From: Ranitomeya imitator
Taxonomy: Eukaryota
Direction: 5' to 3'
Length of the DNA stretch: 64,000 bases
NCBI RefSeq assembly: GCF_032444005.1
Contig: NC_091285.1
Location: 56,296,001-56,360,000, forward strand
Part shown: in pieces, positions 36,331 to 49,014 of the stretch
How the letters are laid out: the number at the start of each line of letters is the position of its first letter
How positions within the stretch are numbered: position 1 is the stretch's first letter
The notes under the pieces: generated by a model
What the model was told of the DNA's origin: nothing
What the model saw: the letters and a program-made list of their open reading frames with translations, nothing else
Database searches by the model: none
Made by a program: the position numbers and the translations under genes

Positions 36331-36714
36331 CGTCATTGAAACGCGACTTTGGCGCGAAAGTCGCGTACCGCATGGCCGACCCCGCACAGGGGTCGGATCG
36401 GGTTTCATGAAACCCCGACTTAGCCAAAAGTCGGCGACTTTTGAAAATGTTCGACCCGTTTCGCTCAACCCTAATGAGAACCTTATTTTCACGTGTTAAC
36501 TCAGGGAGGCCAAAAAACATTTTAAAAAGTTAAGTACATCTTTACTAGAATTCCTGGACCAAATTTTCAACATATGATAAATGGCATATACAGTATTTCT
36601 TTGGACATTCTTCTGCATATGGCAGAGACTCATACTTTAGTTTCATAGCAAAAGATGCAGCAATGTTTAGGTACAGTTCCAGAGTATTACTTCTAAGAGC
36701 ATCATAGTGCTAAA

Positions 36715-37204
36715 TTCAAAGAACAAAACCAAAATGGGAATAACTCAGAACCCTAGAAAAAGTCAAAACACCTAAGCAACAAGGATCCCTAAAATATAAC
36801 CTTTATTTAACAATAGTTAAAAAATCTCTAATCATGACACAAGTAATAATAATAAATTAAACAAGTTGTGTACCTGTTAGGTCCTAGGGAGTCGCTATGC
36901 TGGATCCTACCTACCAGTGGGGGTTGGCACCCTAATTTTCTGCGGTAGGCTCCCCCCCTCCGCGTCGACTCGACCCTCAAAAATCCCTAGAATTCCCTAA
37001 ATAAGGAACCCTAGAAAAGTCTGACAATATCCCTATGGGAAAGAATCCTGCCTGACAGTGGGGGTAGGCACTCTAATGTGAAACGGTAGGCGCCCCCACT
37101 TCGCGTCAACTGACCCTAGGAACCCTTGTGTCATGATTAGAGATTTTTTAACTATTGTTAAATAAAGGTTATATTTTAGGGATCCTTGTTGCTTAGGTGT
37201 TTTG
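36715..37204. mobile_element. 490-bp insertion with a perfect 81-bp inverted repeat, probably a non-autonomous PLE-derived fragment
   Basis: Direct repeat ATAGTGCTAAA at 36704-36714 and 37205-37215; inverted repeat 36763-36843 / 37125-37205. Family assignment is inference. Confidence 0.5.
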
Positions 37205-39423
37205 ATAGTGCTAAACTCCCACTGACGATATCCTCCACTATGGTGCTGCACCCTGTGCTCCTTTCTGGTCAGAAAAGACCGCTCTAGACCTCCAGGACCA
37301 GTTTTCACTGTAGCCCACTCCTTCCAGCTGTCTAAGTATTATGCCACTGTCAGGTCTGTTTATGCTATAGCAGGTAATCACTGTTGGGGAAGGAACTTTC
37401 TTTCTAGTATAAACGTCACACAGGTCAATGTGTGTCACTGTTACTTCCTAACTGTCTCTGCAGTCCAGCCTTCCAGATGGTAAGCATGATCTGGAACATT
37501 GTTCTGAATTTATACTCTTTCACTCCTTTGTCGCTACTCTTTATCCACTTGTGGCCTACTGGTCAACAGTACTTCTAATCTCAGAATCTATTCAAGAACT
37601 GCTAGTAACTAAGAACTAGCTTTCTGAAATGCCCAGGCAACTCCAACCCACTAAATGTTAACCCTGCCACAGCCTAACAAACTGCTGACGAGCACAGTAC
37701 ATGTAAAAACCCAGTGAAACCCCATATAATACAGGTTCTGGCAATAAAATAATACGAGAAGTCTAAATAGAGAGTGTCAGGATGATTTCTACACCCTTAC
37801 AAATGCACCCTATAAAGTACCATTTTTTTGCAAAGAGATCTGCAGTGTTAAATTCTGCTGTAAATATGGATGTGGTATGTCTGTAGATCAAGGTTCACAG
37901 CAGACATGCTACATAGGATGTTGCTCTAACAGTTTTAATTAAGTTGCAGTGCTGAACTGGGGACCCATGTGCACATATATTTTTCAAGAAATTGTCCACT
38001 TTTAACAATTTTTATTTGTTAAGGGTCACCTTACAACAACCAGATCAGAAATTATCTTCCTATTGGGACATTCCAGCAATTTACTGTAGTCTATGCAGAA
38101 TGGTGGCTGAGAATGTTAAGTTCCTGCTCCAACTGAAAAAAATTTCATAAATCAATAGCACACAGGAAAATAAGCAATTTTGTAATATATATTATATCAG
38201 AGAAACTAACTTATTGAGTTGTGGCAGCTTCTAGCCTCTGATACGACATGTTACAAAGTTGCTTATTTTCATGTGTAAGATTGTTTTGTGAAAAAAATAT
38301 TCCAATTTAAGTATTACACAGAGTCTATCCAAATTGATACATTGTCTGTGTAGTCAGAGCAGTACAAGTTCTCCAGAAACATCGTTGTTTACATCGACCT
38401 TCTTTTCTGGACAAAAAATGAGGATCCTGAACAATGATTCTGCCAGTAGAATATATAAAATATGTTTCCTTCAATAGAAAACCCGTCTTATAAATCCTAA
38501 ATGTTGTGATAGTTACAGACATAGGTACCGTATATACTCGAGTATAAGCCGACCCGAGTATAAGCCGACCACCCTAATTTGGCAACAAAAAACTGGGAAA
38601 ACCCAAATGACTCGAGTATAAGCCTAGGGTGGAAAATGCAGCAGCTACCGGTACATGTCAAAAATAAAAATAGATACCAATAAAAGTAAAATTAATTGAG
38701 ACATCAGTAGGTTAAGTCTTTTTGAATATCCATATTGAATCAGGAGCCCCATATAATGCTCCATACTGTTCATTATGGCCCCATAAGATGCTCCATACAA
38801 AATAGGCCCCATATAATGCTCCATACAGGTCATTATGGCCCCATAAGATGCTCCATCTACAAATATGCCCCATATAATGCTCCATGCAGTTCTTTATGAC
38901 CCCATAAATGCCCTATATAATGCTCCATGCAGTTCTTTATGGTGCCATAGATGCTCCATATAATGCTCCACGCAGTTCTTTATGGCCCCATAGATGCCCC
39001 ATATAATGACGTGGAAGATGAGGCAGCGGTGGAACGCAGAAAGGTGAATATGACATACTCACCTGCTCTCGACGCGGTCCCTGCATGTCCCACGTCTCCA
39101 GGAGCGGCAGTTTCTTCCTGTAGTGAACAGTCACATGGTACCACTCATTACAGTAATGAATATGTGGCTCCACCCCTATGGGAGTGGAGTCCATATTCAT
39201 AACTTTAATGAGCAGTACCAGTGACCGCTAAACAGGGGAAGAAGCTGCCGTGCCCGAAGATACGGGGACCGCACCAGGAGCGCTAGGAGCAGGTGAGTAT
39301 TTGACAGGCATCGCTCCCCCTCACCTGCCGACCCCCCCACCTTCCATGACTCGAGTATAAGCTGAGAGGGGCACTTTCAGACCATTTTTTGGGGCTGAAA
39401 ATCTCGGCTTATACTCGAGTATA

Positions 39424-41029
39424 CAGTGGGGCAAAAAAGTATTTAGTCAGTCAGCAATAGTGCAAGTTCCACCACTTAGAAAGATGAGAGGCGTCTGTAA
39501 TTTACATCATAGGTAGACCTCAACTATGGGAGACAAACTGAGAAAAAAAAATGCAGAAAATCACATTGTCTGTTTTTTTAACAATTTATTTGCATATTAT
39601 GGTGGAAAATAAGTATTTGGTCAGAAACAAACAATCAAGATTTCTGGCTCTCACAGACCTGTAACTTCTTCTTTAAGAGTCTCCTCTTTCCTCCACTCAT
39701 TACCTGTAGTAATGGCACCTGTTTAAACTTGTTATCAGTATAAAAAGACACCTGTGCACACCCTCAAACAGTCTAAATCCAAACTCCACTATGGTGAAGA
39801 CCAAAGTGCTGTCAAAGGACACCAGAAACAAAATTGTAGCCCTGCACCAGGCTGGGAAGACTGAATCTGCAATAGCCAACCAGCTTGGAGTGAAGAAATC
39901 AACAGTGGGAGCAATAATTAGAAAATGGAAGACATACAAGACCACTGATAATCTCCCTTGATCTGGGGCTCCACGCAAAATCCCACCCCGTGGGGTCAGA
40001 ATGATCACAAGAACAGTGAGCAAAAATCCCAGAACCACGCGGGGGGACCTAGTGAATGAACTGCAGAGAGCTGGGACCAATGTAACAAGGCCTACCATAA
40101 GTAACACACTACGCCACCATGGACTCAGATCCTGCAGTGCCAGACGTGTCCCACTGCTTAAGCCAGTACATGTCCGGGCCCGTCTGAAATTTGCTAGAGA
40201 GCATTTGGATGATCCAGAGGAGTTTTTGGAGGATGTCCTATGGTCTGATGAAACCAAACTGGAACTGTTTGGTAAAAACACAACTTGTCGTGTTTGGAGG
40301 AAAAAGAATACTGAGTTGCATCCATCAAACACCATACCTACTGTAAAGCATGGTGGTGGAAACATCATGCTTTGGGGCTGTTTCTCTGCAAAGGGGCCAG
40401 GACGACTGATCCGGGTACATGAAAGAATGAATGGGGCCATGTATCGTGAGATTTTGAGTGCAAACCTCCTTCCATCAGCAAGGGCATTGAAGATGAAACG
40501 TGGCTGGGTCTTTCAACATGACAATGATCCAAAGCACACCGCCAGGGCAACAAAGGAGTGGCTTCGTAAGAAGCATTTCAAGGTCCTGGAGTGGCCTAGC
40601 CAGTCTCCAGATCTCAACCCTATAGAAAACCTTTGGAGGGAGTTGAAAGTCCGTGTTGACAAGCGAAAAGCCAAAAACATCACTGCTCTAGAGGAGATCT
40701 GTATGGAGGGATGGGCCAACATACCAACAACAGTGTGTGGCAACCTTGTGAAGACTTACAGAAAACGTTTGACCTCTGTCATTGCCAACAAAGGATATAT
40801 TACAAAGTATTGAGATGAAATTTTGTTTCTGACCAAATACTTATTTTCCACCATAATATGCAAATAAATTGTTAAAAATACAGACAATGTGATTTTCTGG
40901 ATTTTTTTTTCTCAGTTTGTCTCCCATAGTTGAGGTCTACCTATGATGTAAATTACAGACGCCTCTCATCTTTTTAAGTGGTGGAACTTGCACTATTGCT
41001 GACTGACTAAATACTTTTTTGCCCCACTG
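39424..41029 (+). mobile_element. Tc1-family transposon (DD34E), full length
   Basis: TA TSDs; ~215-bp TIRs CAGTGGGGCAAAAAAGTATTTAG; 1606 bp. Confidence 0.95.
39791..40813 (+). pseudogene. Tc1 transposase, 340 codons with a single in-frame TGA at codon 57
   Basis: ATG at 39791; TGA at 39959-39961. WSDE, HDNDPKH and SPDLNPIE motifs with D-34-E spacing. Confidence 0.9.
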
Positions 41030-41211
41030 TATATAGTAAATTATCAGTAAGTTGTCATTGTTAATTTTTCATCTACATATAGAAAGTAGACCCTAATAGC
41101 AAGTGATTAGCTCCTGAAAAAAAGTTGTTCCTAAATGACAAATAATTCTAGGAATCACAAAGCGCATATTACAGACCCTTATACAACATGCAGAAAGTGA
41201 AAACATCTTAC

Positions 41212-43604
41212 CTGTTCTGCGCTTGAGGAAGTTTCTTTGAGACATTCAGTTCCTTGTTCTGTATTTTCAGCATCAATCAGGTTTTCCACAGGAACATTTC
41301 CAATAGGATTCATGTAAGTAAAGTCACCCTCAGTAGGATCCAGTGCCACACACATATTATATGAGTATGGTAAAGGTAACGATCCATCACTATACATGGA
41401 GAAGGTCCTGGGATCAATTGGAGGATACAGATTTGTAGTGAGAGAAGAGAAGGCCGGTAATGGTTTTGGCTGCTTACATTTGGATATAATCGCCACCATT
41501 ACAGTTATTATAAAGAGCAAAGAAATAAGTGCAAGTCCAACCACTAAGTAAAATTGTAAGTATCTTTGAGTTCCATCATCTTTCTCATTGTTGCTGAGCT
41601 TAGGAACAACCTGCTGAAAGTCATCTGCAATAATAAGACTTAAGGTGGTTGTAGCAGAGAGAGTGGGATGTCCATTGTCCTTCACCATCACCACAACCTT
41701 GTAATTCAATATGTCTCTTTCTTGAAAGATACGTGATGTTCTGATCTCACCTGTGTACTCACTTATCACAAAATGAGTTAAGTCTGACATCTGTATCAAA
41801 TGATAAGAAAGCCATGAATTATGTCCAGAGTCTGCATCCACTGCCACTACTTTAGTTATTAAAGAACCAGGCTCAGAAGCAAAAGGCACCATCTCAAACA
41901 CAGCCGACCCTCCAACACCTGGTGATGGGAACAAGATCTTTGGTGCATTATCATTCTGGTCCACTATATGGATAAATAATGTAACATTGCTGCTCAGAGA
42001 GGGGGATCCATTGTCTGAGGCTGTGACTTCTATTATAAACTCCTTGTTCTGCTCATAATCAAATGATCTTTGAGCATAGAGAACTCCGGTCTCTATATTG
42101 ATGGAGAGATAAGATGTCATTGATGGAGTTTCTGTAACGGTGCTAGAAATTGAGTAAATAATTCTAGCATTGTCTCCAGTGTCAGGATCTGAGGCTTGTA
42201 TACTGAATATTGAAGCTCCTGGTAAATTGTTCTCTGGCACATAAGCCACATAAGTAGATTTAGTAAATATTGGTGGGTTGTCATTGACATCTGATACATC
42301 CAATGTGAGAACTCGTGTACTGGAAAGAGGAGGAGATCCTCTATCTGTGGCTATAATGGAGATATTATAAGAAGATGTTTTCTCTCTGTCTATGGCAGCA
42401 CTTAACACAAGTCTATAGTAAGTGTTTGATGATAATAAATTAAAAGGAACATCTTCAAGTATTTGGCAGTCAACATCTGCATTATCTCCAGAATCTTGGT
42501 CGTGAACCTCAATCAGAGCGATCATTGTTCCAGGAACAGAATCCTCAGGAATAGGAGAAGATAATGAGGTGATGGATATCTCAGGAGCATTGTCATTTAC
42601 ATCCATAACTTCCAGCAGAACTTTACAATGAGCTACAAGGCCTCCGCCATCCTTCGCTTGTACAGACAACTCATAATTCTTTCTTGTTTCAACATCTAAG
42701 TTTCCATTGATCTTGATTTCACCAGTATTTGGGTTAATACTAAATATTCCCGTATGATGGATATTTCCAGATATTTTAATAAAAGAATATGTGATCTGAG
42801 CATTGATCCCTTCATCATTGTCTGTAGCATTTAATATGATCACTGTAGAATTAACTGGGATGCTTTCCTTTAACTTGACTTTATACAAATTTTGTCATTG
42901 GCATCTATAACAATGATCTTTAATAATGTTGTTCCAGACCGGACAGGATTTCCTCCGTCCAAGGCTGTTAGTATTAATTTATGAGTGCCTTGTCTCTCTC
43001 TATCCAATGGTTTCTCCAGGACAAGCTCTGGATATTTACTCCCATCTGTTCTGATATTCTCAGTAAGTGTAAAATACTGATTATCACTGAGCTTGTATGT
43101 CTGCACTGAATTACTACCAATATCTGGATCATCTGCATTTTGTAAAGAAAATCTTGCTCCTGGTGATGTCAGTTCAATTATTTCCAAAGTAATTGAATTG
43201 TGATAGAACTGTGGAGCATTATCATTTATATCCTGAATGTCAATTTTAATATTAAAATTATTGAAAGGATTTTCAACCACAGCATCAAATGTTAAGAAAC
43301 ATGAAGCCTCCGCACCACACAATGTCTCTCTGTCTATCCTGTCCTTTATATAAATGTTTCCATTATCCATATTTACATAGAAATATCTCTCTGCTGATCT
43401 GGATACAATCCTCAGTTTTCTAGATGAGAGATGATTATTATCTAATCCAAGGTCATCTGCAATATTTGCTATAACAGAGTCTTTCCTCATCTCTTCTACA
43501 ATGGAATAATGAATCTGACCTGAGACTGAATAATGAAGATAAGAGAATAAAACATATATTACTTGCCATCTGATTCCTTTGTAGCCCTGTATAGGAGATT
43601 CCAT
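41212..43604 (-). pseudogene. pcdhg: Protocadherin gamma variable exon with a frameshift at the EC2-EC3 linker
   Basis: At 42886-42891, 6 nt (CAAATT) replace the 25 nt found in paralogs (net -19). The frame stops at 42870-42872 (DANDKICIKSS*). The donor at 41212/41211 is intact. Confidence 0.88.
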
Positions 43605-43851
43605 CTTGTCCATTTTTACTGATGATCTTGCATAAAATATCCAATCAGACTTTATCATCCAATGTAGTGTTAAACAAAACCAATGTTCATGATCGTGATA
43701 TCTGTAGTTTGGTTTATATATTGTAGCCTAAGCTCTACATCCAAGAAAATCCAGCAAATGTCTGTGGTTCTTTCTGCAGATCAGCAATGTGAGTAACAAA
43801 GGAAAATACCGGTGGATTTTTAGTTTTGCATTTTTCTTTTAACTGGTTAAA

Positions 43852-43887
43852 CAGCGGCGCTCAGAGGTGAAAATACAGAATTGCAAT
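43852..43887 (-). promoter_or_regulatory. Pcdh CSE / CTCF-type site 4 (intact, upstream of the frameshifted exon)
   Basis: Identical to site 2 over 36 bp. Confidence 0.85.
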
Positions 43888-46506
43888 GTTTTTCAATTGC
43901 ATTTCAAACTCAAAATTTAAATGGTTCAAACACATTATTTTTTTATTACCAATTTTTGTTTAAAAACATGCAGCAAGCAAATTTATTTTTATATATCTTT
44001 TTGTCATTTCATTATTTATATGTTTGTTTTTATGAAATGGAAATTGAAGTCATTTAGTTTCTTTAACCCCAAAAACAGATTGTGAAAAATATAAACTGTA
44101 CAGCTTAATTGCTTTATGGCCAATGTGAACATGGATTTATGTGTAACATGTATACCAACTTAAACCAATCTCAATTTTTGTGTTTTTTTCATAGCATTTT
44201 TTGCAAGCAGGGGTGTGGCCTCCCTTTCCTGAGCTGGTAATTATATTTAAAAGCTTCCCCAGACTGGTGTCCACAGGACCATGTCCTTTTGTCTGCCCTT
44301 ATTCACACATTGAGGTCAACTCTGACACATGGTAAGATTTTTAATATTAGACAGCGTAGGACTGTCTCAATCAGGGTCACCTTGTCGACAGTGGGATGGC
44401 TTTTATGTTATTTTTGATTAAAAAACACTATTACTAAGAACCCTGTGTTATTCGAATGTACTTTTGCTTTTTACTTATTTAGTTACAGCAGGGTTTTTGC
44501 TCATTTTGCTTCTTGTAGGTTTGGTAAGCTTAAATGGTTGATATACATTGTTATAAATTCTGGCTGTACAATTGGAAAGAGTGGTATATGCTTATAAAGT
44601 CAACCATGGAAGTGCATCTAATTAAGTGTGTAGAATTTGTAATATAAAATCTAGGTGTATTTTAGCAACATCTCTATGTATCATTATTTATAATGGCCTT
44701 AATAATTATGTGCTTTACAAGACCCTGCCTATCTGTGGCCCTGATGAGCTATTTGTGCACTTTGCTATTGCAGATGGACCACCTGAGGAAACCCTACAGA
44801 ATTATACATACACAAAATGCCCATTGGGGCGTCTAGTGGGCAATTTCTTGGGAAGCCGATATTGGTAAGGCTACCCTAAATATTGCTACATTGTGATAAT
44901 GTCTGTGTGGAATCCCAATACCTGGTCTACTGCTGTTGAGTGAAACAGTTGTCGTGTGTCTGTGGATTTGTTCCAGTGTGCCAGAACTACTTTGGGCCCT
45001 GTGAGTTAGGAGATGTAATAGATTGTATGTGCATTCTACTTGTTACCATCTACTGGACAGTGTATGCATATGAAAGTTAGATGTTTAATCTCACAATAGG
45101 CTACAATAGAAATGGCTGGGACGGGCCTCCTAGCTCAGTTTTAGCGCACAATCTAGTCCTGTTTAGTGCAGTCAAAGAAGAGCAAGGAAGCTCCACTGCT
45201 CCCAGACTCCATTACAGTCCATGCTGAGGGGACATAACTCTCCATCTCCACATAGTCATCTCCACATATAAGTGAAGCCTTATACAGTCAGGAGAGATAA
45301 GGCTGGAAAGACGCTCTTCTTCTTATTGGTTTTCCTATGTGCTTTCAGCCGGAACCAGGTCCACGTTTCTTCCACGACACAAACTTTTGCAGACCTATGC
45401 CCTTTAACAAGGAACAATAGTATCAAAATGGTGAGTACTACCAAATTGCTATTGTTTTACTACAGAGATCCATCCCATGAAGTTCTCTTTATCAATGTAC
45501 CCATGAAGGTCCCTTCATCAATGCAGCATTACATGGACTGTGCATAGTATTTCCTCCAATACCAAGTGAAAAGAACTGTGCATCAGCTGCTGTGAGAGGC
45601 CATAAACCTGCTTGTATCATAGGGAGAAGACACCTTATTTCATACTACAATATGCAGTGTAACCTATACTGTGAATTACCACCAATTTGCCTTTAACCCC
45701 TTAAGCCCCAAGGGTGGTTTGCACGTTAATGACCGGGCCAATTTTTACAATTCTGACCACTGTCCCTTTTTGAGGTTATAACTCTTGAACGCTTCAACGA
45801 ATCCTGATGATTTCGCAATTTTCCAAATTTGAATTTTTATGCCCTTAAGTCACAGAGATATGTCACGCAAAATACTTTATAAGTAACATTTCCCACATGT
45901 CTACTTTACATCAGCACAATTTTGGAGCCAAAATTTTTTTTGTTAGGGAGTTATAAGGGTTAAATTTGACCAGCAATTTCTCATTTTTACAATACCATTT
46001 TTTTTAGGGACCACATCCCATTTAAAGTCATTTTGAGGGGTCTATATGATAGAAAATAACCAAGTGTGACACCATTCTAAAAAAAAACTGCACCCTTCAG
46101 GGTGCTCAAAACCACATTCAAGAAGTTTATTAACCCTTCAGGTGTTTCACAGGAATTTTTGGAATGATTAAAAAAATGAACATTTAACTTTTTTTACACA
46201 AAATTTACTTCAGCTTCAATTTGTTTTATTTTACCAAGGGTGACAGGAGAAAATGGACCCCAAAACCTGTTGTACAATTTGTCCTAAGTACGACAATACC
46301 CCACATGTGGGGGGTAAACCACTTATTGGGCGCATGGCAGAGCTCGGAAGGGAAGGAACGCAAATTGATTTTTCAATGCAAAATTTACTGGAATTGAGAT
46401 GGGGCACCATGTTTCGTTTGAAGAGCCCCTGATGTGCCAAAACATTGAAACCCCCAAGTGACACCATTTTGGAAAGTAGACCCCCTAAGGAACTTATCTG
46501 GATGTG

Positions 46507-47516
46507 TGTTAGGTGTCGAGATCCCGCTTCTGCACAGGGGAAATCTCTAAACATCTCCGATGCGGTCTCCAATTCCTCTCCAGCCGCAGTGGAGTCTGCT
46601 TAGTGGAGACGTTAGTCCCAGCGTCTAGCTCAGGCTGATACTGGATGACTGGTTACTGCTGCCTTTCCAGCTTCTGCCATTGTAGCCAGTACTGGGCAGC
46701 GGCGAGCAGACATGTTTGGGACTAAGTCCTGCTCTTCCCTTTCTGAGCATGCCTAGGGCAAGATCTCTCATTGGAGAGCAAGGGTCACATGCTTAGATAC
46801 AGCAGCAAATCCCATTGGTCCTTTAGGAAGGTCCTGAAGGTGTTCTTCTTCTGTGGCTGACTCCCATTGGTCCTTCTGGGAAGGTCCTGTTCTTGCTGCA
46901 GCTATAAAAGGTTCGCATGGCCGCACAGCCATGCGCTAGTGTACATTTGGAATCGTGTGTGTGTTGATGAGTGCAAGTCGTTCTTTAAAATCACTTCAAT
47001 TGTGTATGACTGTTCGCAAAAGGTGGATGCATGCTGTCTAGCGCCCGACTAAGCTGTCAACATAAAGACACACGATACAGCGTCTATTGCTGTAACCGCC
47101 AGTGCGGCGCCGTGCGCTTATAGAGCGCTTTTCTATCCCAAGTCTGGGTGGTTAGTGGAATCCGCCAAAGCGGCACAGCACACACTCTTGTGCTTTAAGT
47201 TATATTTTGTGTTACTTTGACACCCCAGTTGCGATGTCGAGCGCAAATGGTCTGAACGTACTCTAATCCTGTGTCTTGGGATAGAGTGCTGTGACTCCTT
47301 GCTTGCGCTCTTGGTGCTGTACCGCGGCCCTGTGATGCAACAGGGTTTGCTTCCTTCACACAGGGTGAAGTTAACCCATGTGTGTATCCACATTGTACCG
47401 CCATATAGTCCGTCAATACTCAGCAGCAGGTTCCATCTCTGCACGGTGAATCCAGGGCTGCGAACGCACCTTATACCATCTCTCTTATAATTTGGTGCAT
47501 TCCTCTAGCCTTAACA
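46507..47516 (+). mobile_element. Solo LTR (TG...CA) nested in the element above
   Basis: TGTTAGG...CTTAACA termini; 5-bp TSD ATGTG/TTGTG with one mismatch; TATAAAA at 46903 and several ATTGG boxes. It lengthens one host unit by about 1015 bp. Confidence 0.82.
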
Positions 47517-49014
47517 TTGTGTGCTGAGCACTTTGAACCACCAAGTGCTTCACAGAAGTTTATAATGCAGAGCCGTAAAAATAAAAATCATATTTTTTCA
47601 CAAAAATGATCTTTTCGCCCCAATTTTTTATTTTCCCAAGGGTAAAAGAAGAAATTGGATCCCAAAAGTGGTTGTGCAATTTGTCCTGAGTACGCTGATA
47701 GCCCATATGTGGGGGTAAACCACTGTTTGGGTGCATGGCAGAGCTCGGAAGGGAAGGAGCGCCGTTTGACTTTTCAATGAAAAATTGACAGGAATTGATT
47801 TGGGACGCCATGTTGCATTTGGAGAGCCACTGATGTGCCTAAAAATTGAAACCCCCAAGTGACACTATTTTGGAAAGTAGACCCCCTTAGGAACTTATCT
47901 AGAGGTGTGGTGAGCACTTTCACCCACCAAGTGCTTCACAGAAGTTTATAATGCAGAGCCGTAAAATAAAAAATCATATTTTTTCACAAAAATGATATTT
48001 TTGCCCCCAATTTTTTATTTTCCCAAGGGTAAGAGAAGAAATTGGATCCCAAAAGTTGTTGTGCAATTTGTCCTGAGTACGCTGATACCCCATATGTGGG
48101 AGTGAAACAATGTTTGGGCGCATGGCAGAGCTCGGAAGGGAAGGAGCACCGTTTGACTTTTTAATGCAAAATTGACTGGAATTGAGATGGGACGCCATGT
48201 TGCGTTTGGAGAGCCACTGATGTGCATAAAAATTGAAACCTCCCATAAACCATTTTGGAAAGTAGACCCCCTAAGGAACTTATCTAGATGTGTTGTGAGA
48301 GCTTTGAACCCCCAAGTGTTTCACTACTGTTTATAACGCAGAGCCGTGAAAATAAATATTATTTTTTTCCCACAAAAATTATTTTTTAGCCCCCAGTTTT
48401 GCATTTTCCCAAGGGTAACAGGAGAAATTTAACCCCAAAAGTTGTTGTCCAATTTGTCCTGAGTATGCTGATACCCCATATGTGGGGGGGAACCACTGTT
48501 TGGGCGCATAGCAGAGCCCAGAAGGGAAGGAGCGCCGTTTCCAATGCAGACTTAGATGGAATGGTCTGTAGGTGTCACATTGCGCTTGCAGAGCCCCTAA
48601 TGTACCTAAACAGTAGAAACCCCCCCAAGTAACCCCATATTGGAAACTAGACCCCCCAAGGAACTTATCTAGGTATGTTGTGAGAACTTTGAACCCCCAA
48701 GTGTTTCACTACAGTTTATAACGCAGAGCCGTCAAAATAAAAAATCATTTTTTCCCACAAAAATGGTTTTTAGCCCCCTAAATTTGTATTTTCCCAAGGG
48801 TAACAAGAGAAATTGGACCCCAAAAGTAGTTGTCCAATTTGTTCTGAGTACGCTGATACCCTATATGTTGGGGCGCACGGCAGAGCTCGGAAGGGAAAAA
48901 GCACTGTTTTACTTTTTCAATGCAGAATTGGCTGGAATTGAGATTAGATGCCATGTCGCGTTTGGAGAGCCCTTGATGTGCCTAAATAGTTGAAACCCCC
49001 AATTCTAACAGAAA

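Larger units (their letters stand above)
21630..36473 (-). mobile_element. hAT-superfamily DNA transposon, 14,844 bp, possibly autonomous
   Basis: Perfect 8-bp TSD ATGAGAAC (21622-21629 and 36474-36481). TIRs TAGAGTTGAGCGA / TCGCTCAACCCTA (12 of 13 complementary). Internal intact transposase. Confidence 0.95.
38528..41036. mobile_element. Tc2-like non-autonomous element (CCGTATATACTCGAGTATAAGCCG ends) interrupted by a Tc1 in its right TIR
   Basis: TA flanks at 38526-27 and 41037-38. The right TIR CGGCTTATACTCGAGTATA is split at a TA by the Tc1. Internal ~35-bp minisatellite at 38745-39005. Confidence 0.75.

Noticed and set aside
44735-44800. CTGATGAG motif suggesting a hammerhead
   Set aside because: No stem II, GAAA or stem III arrangement could be built around it.
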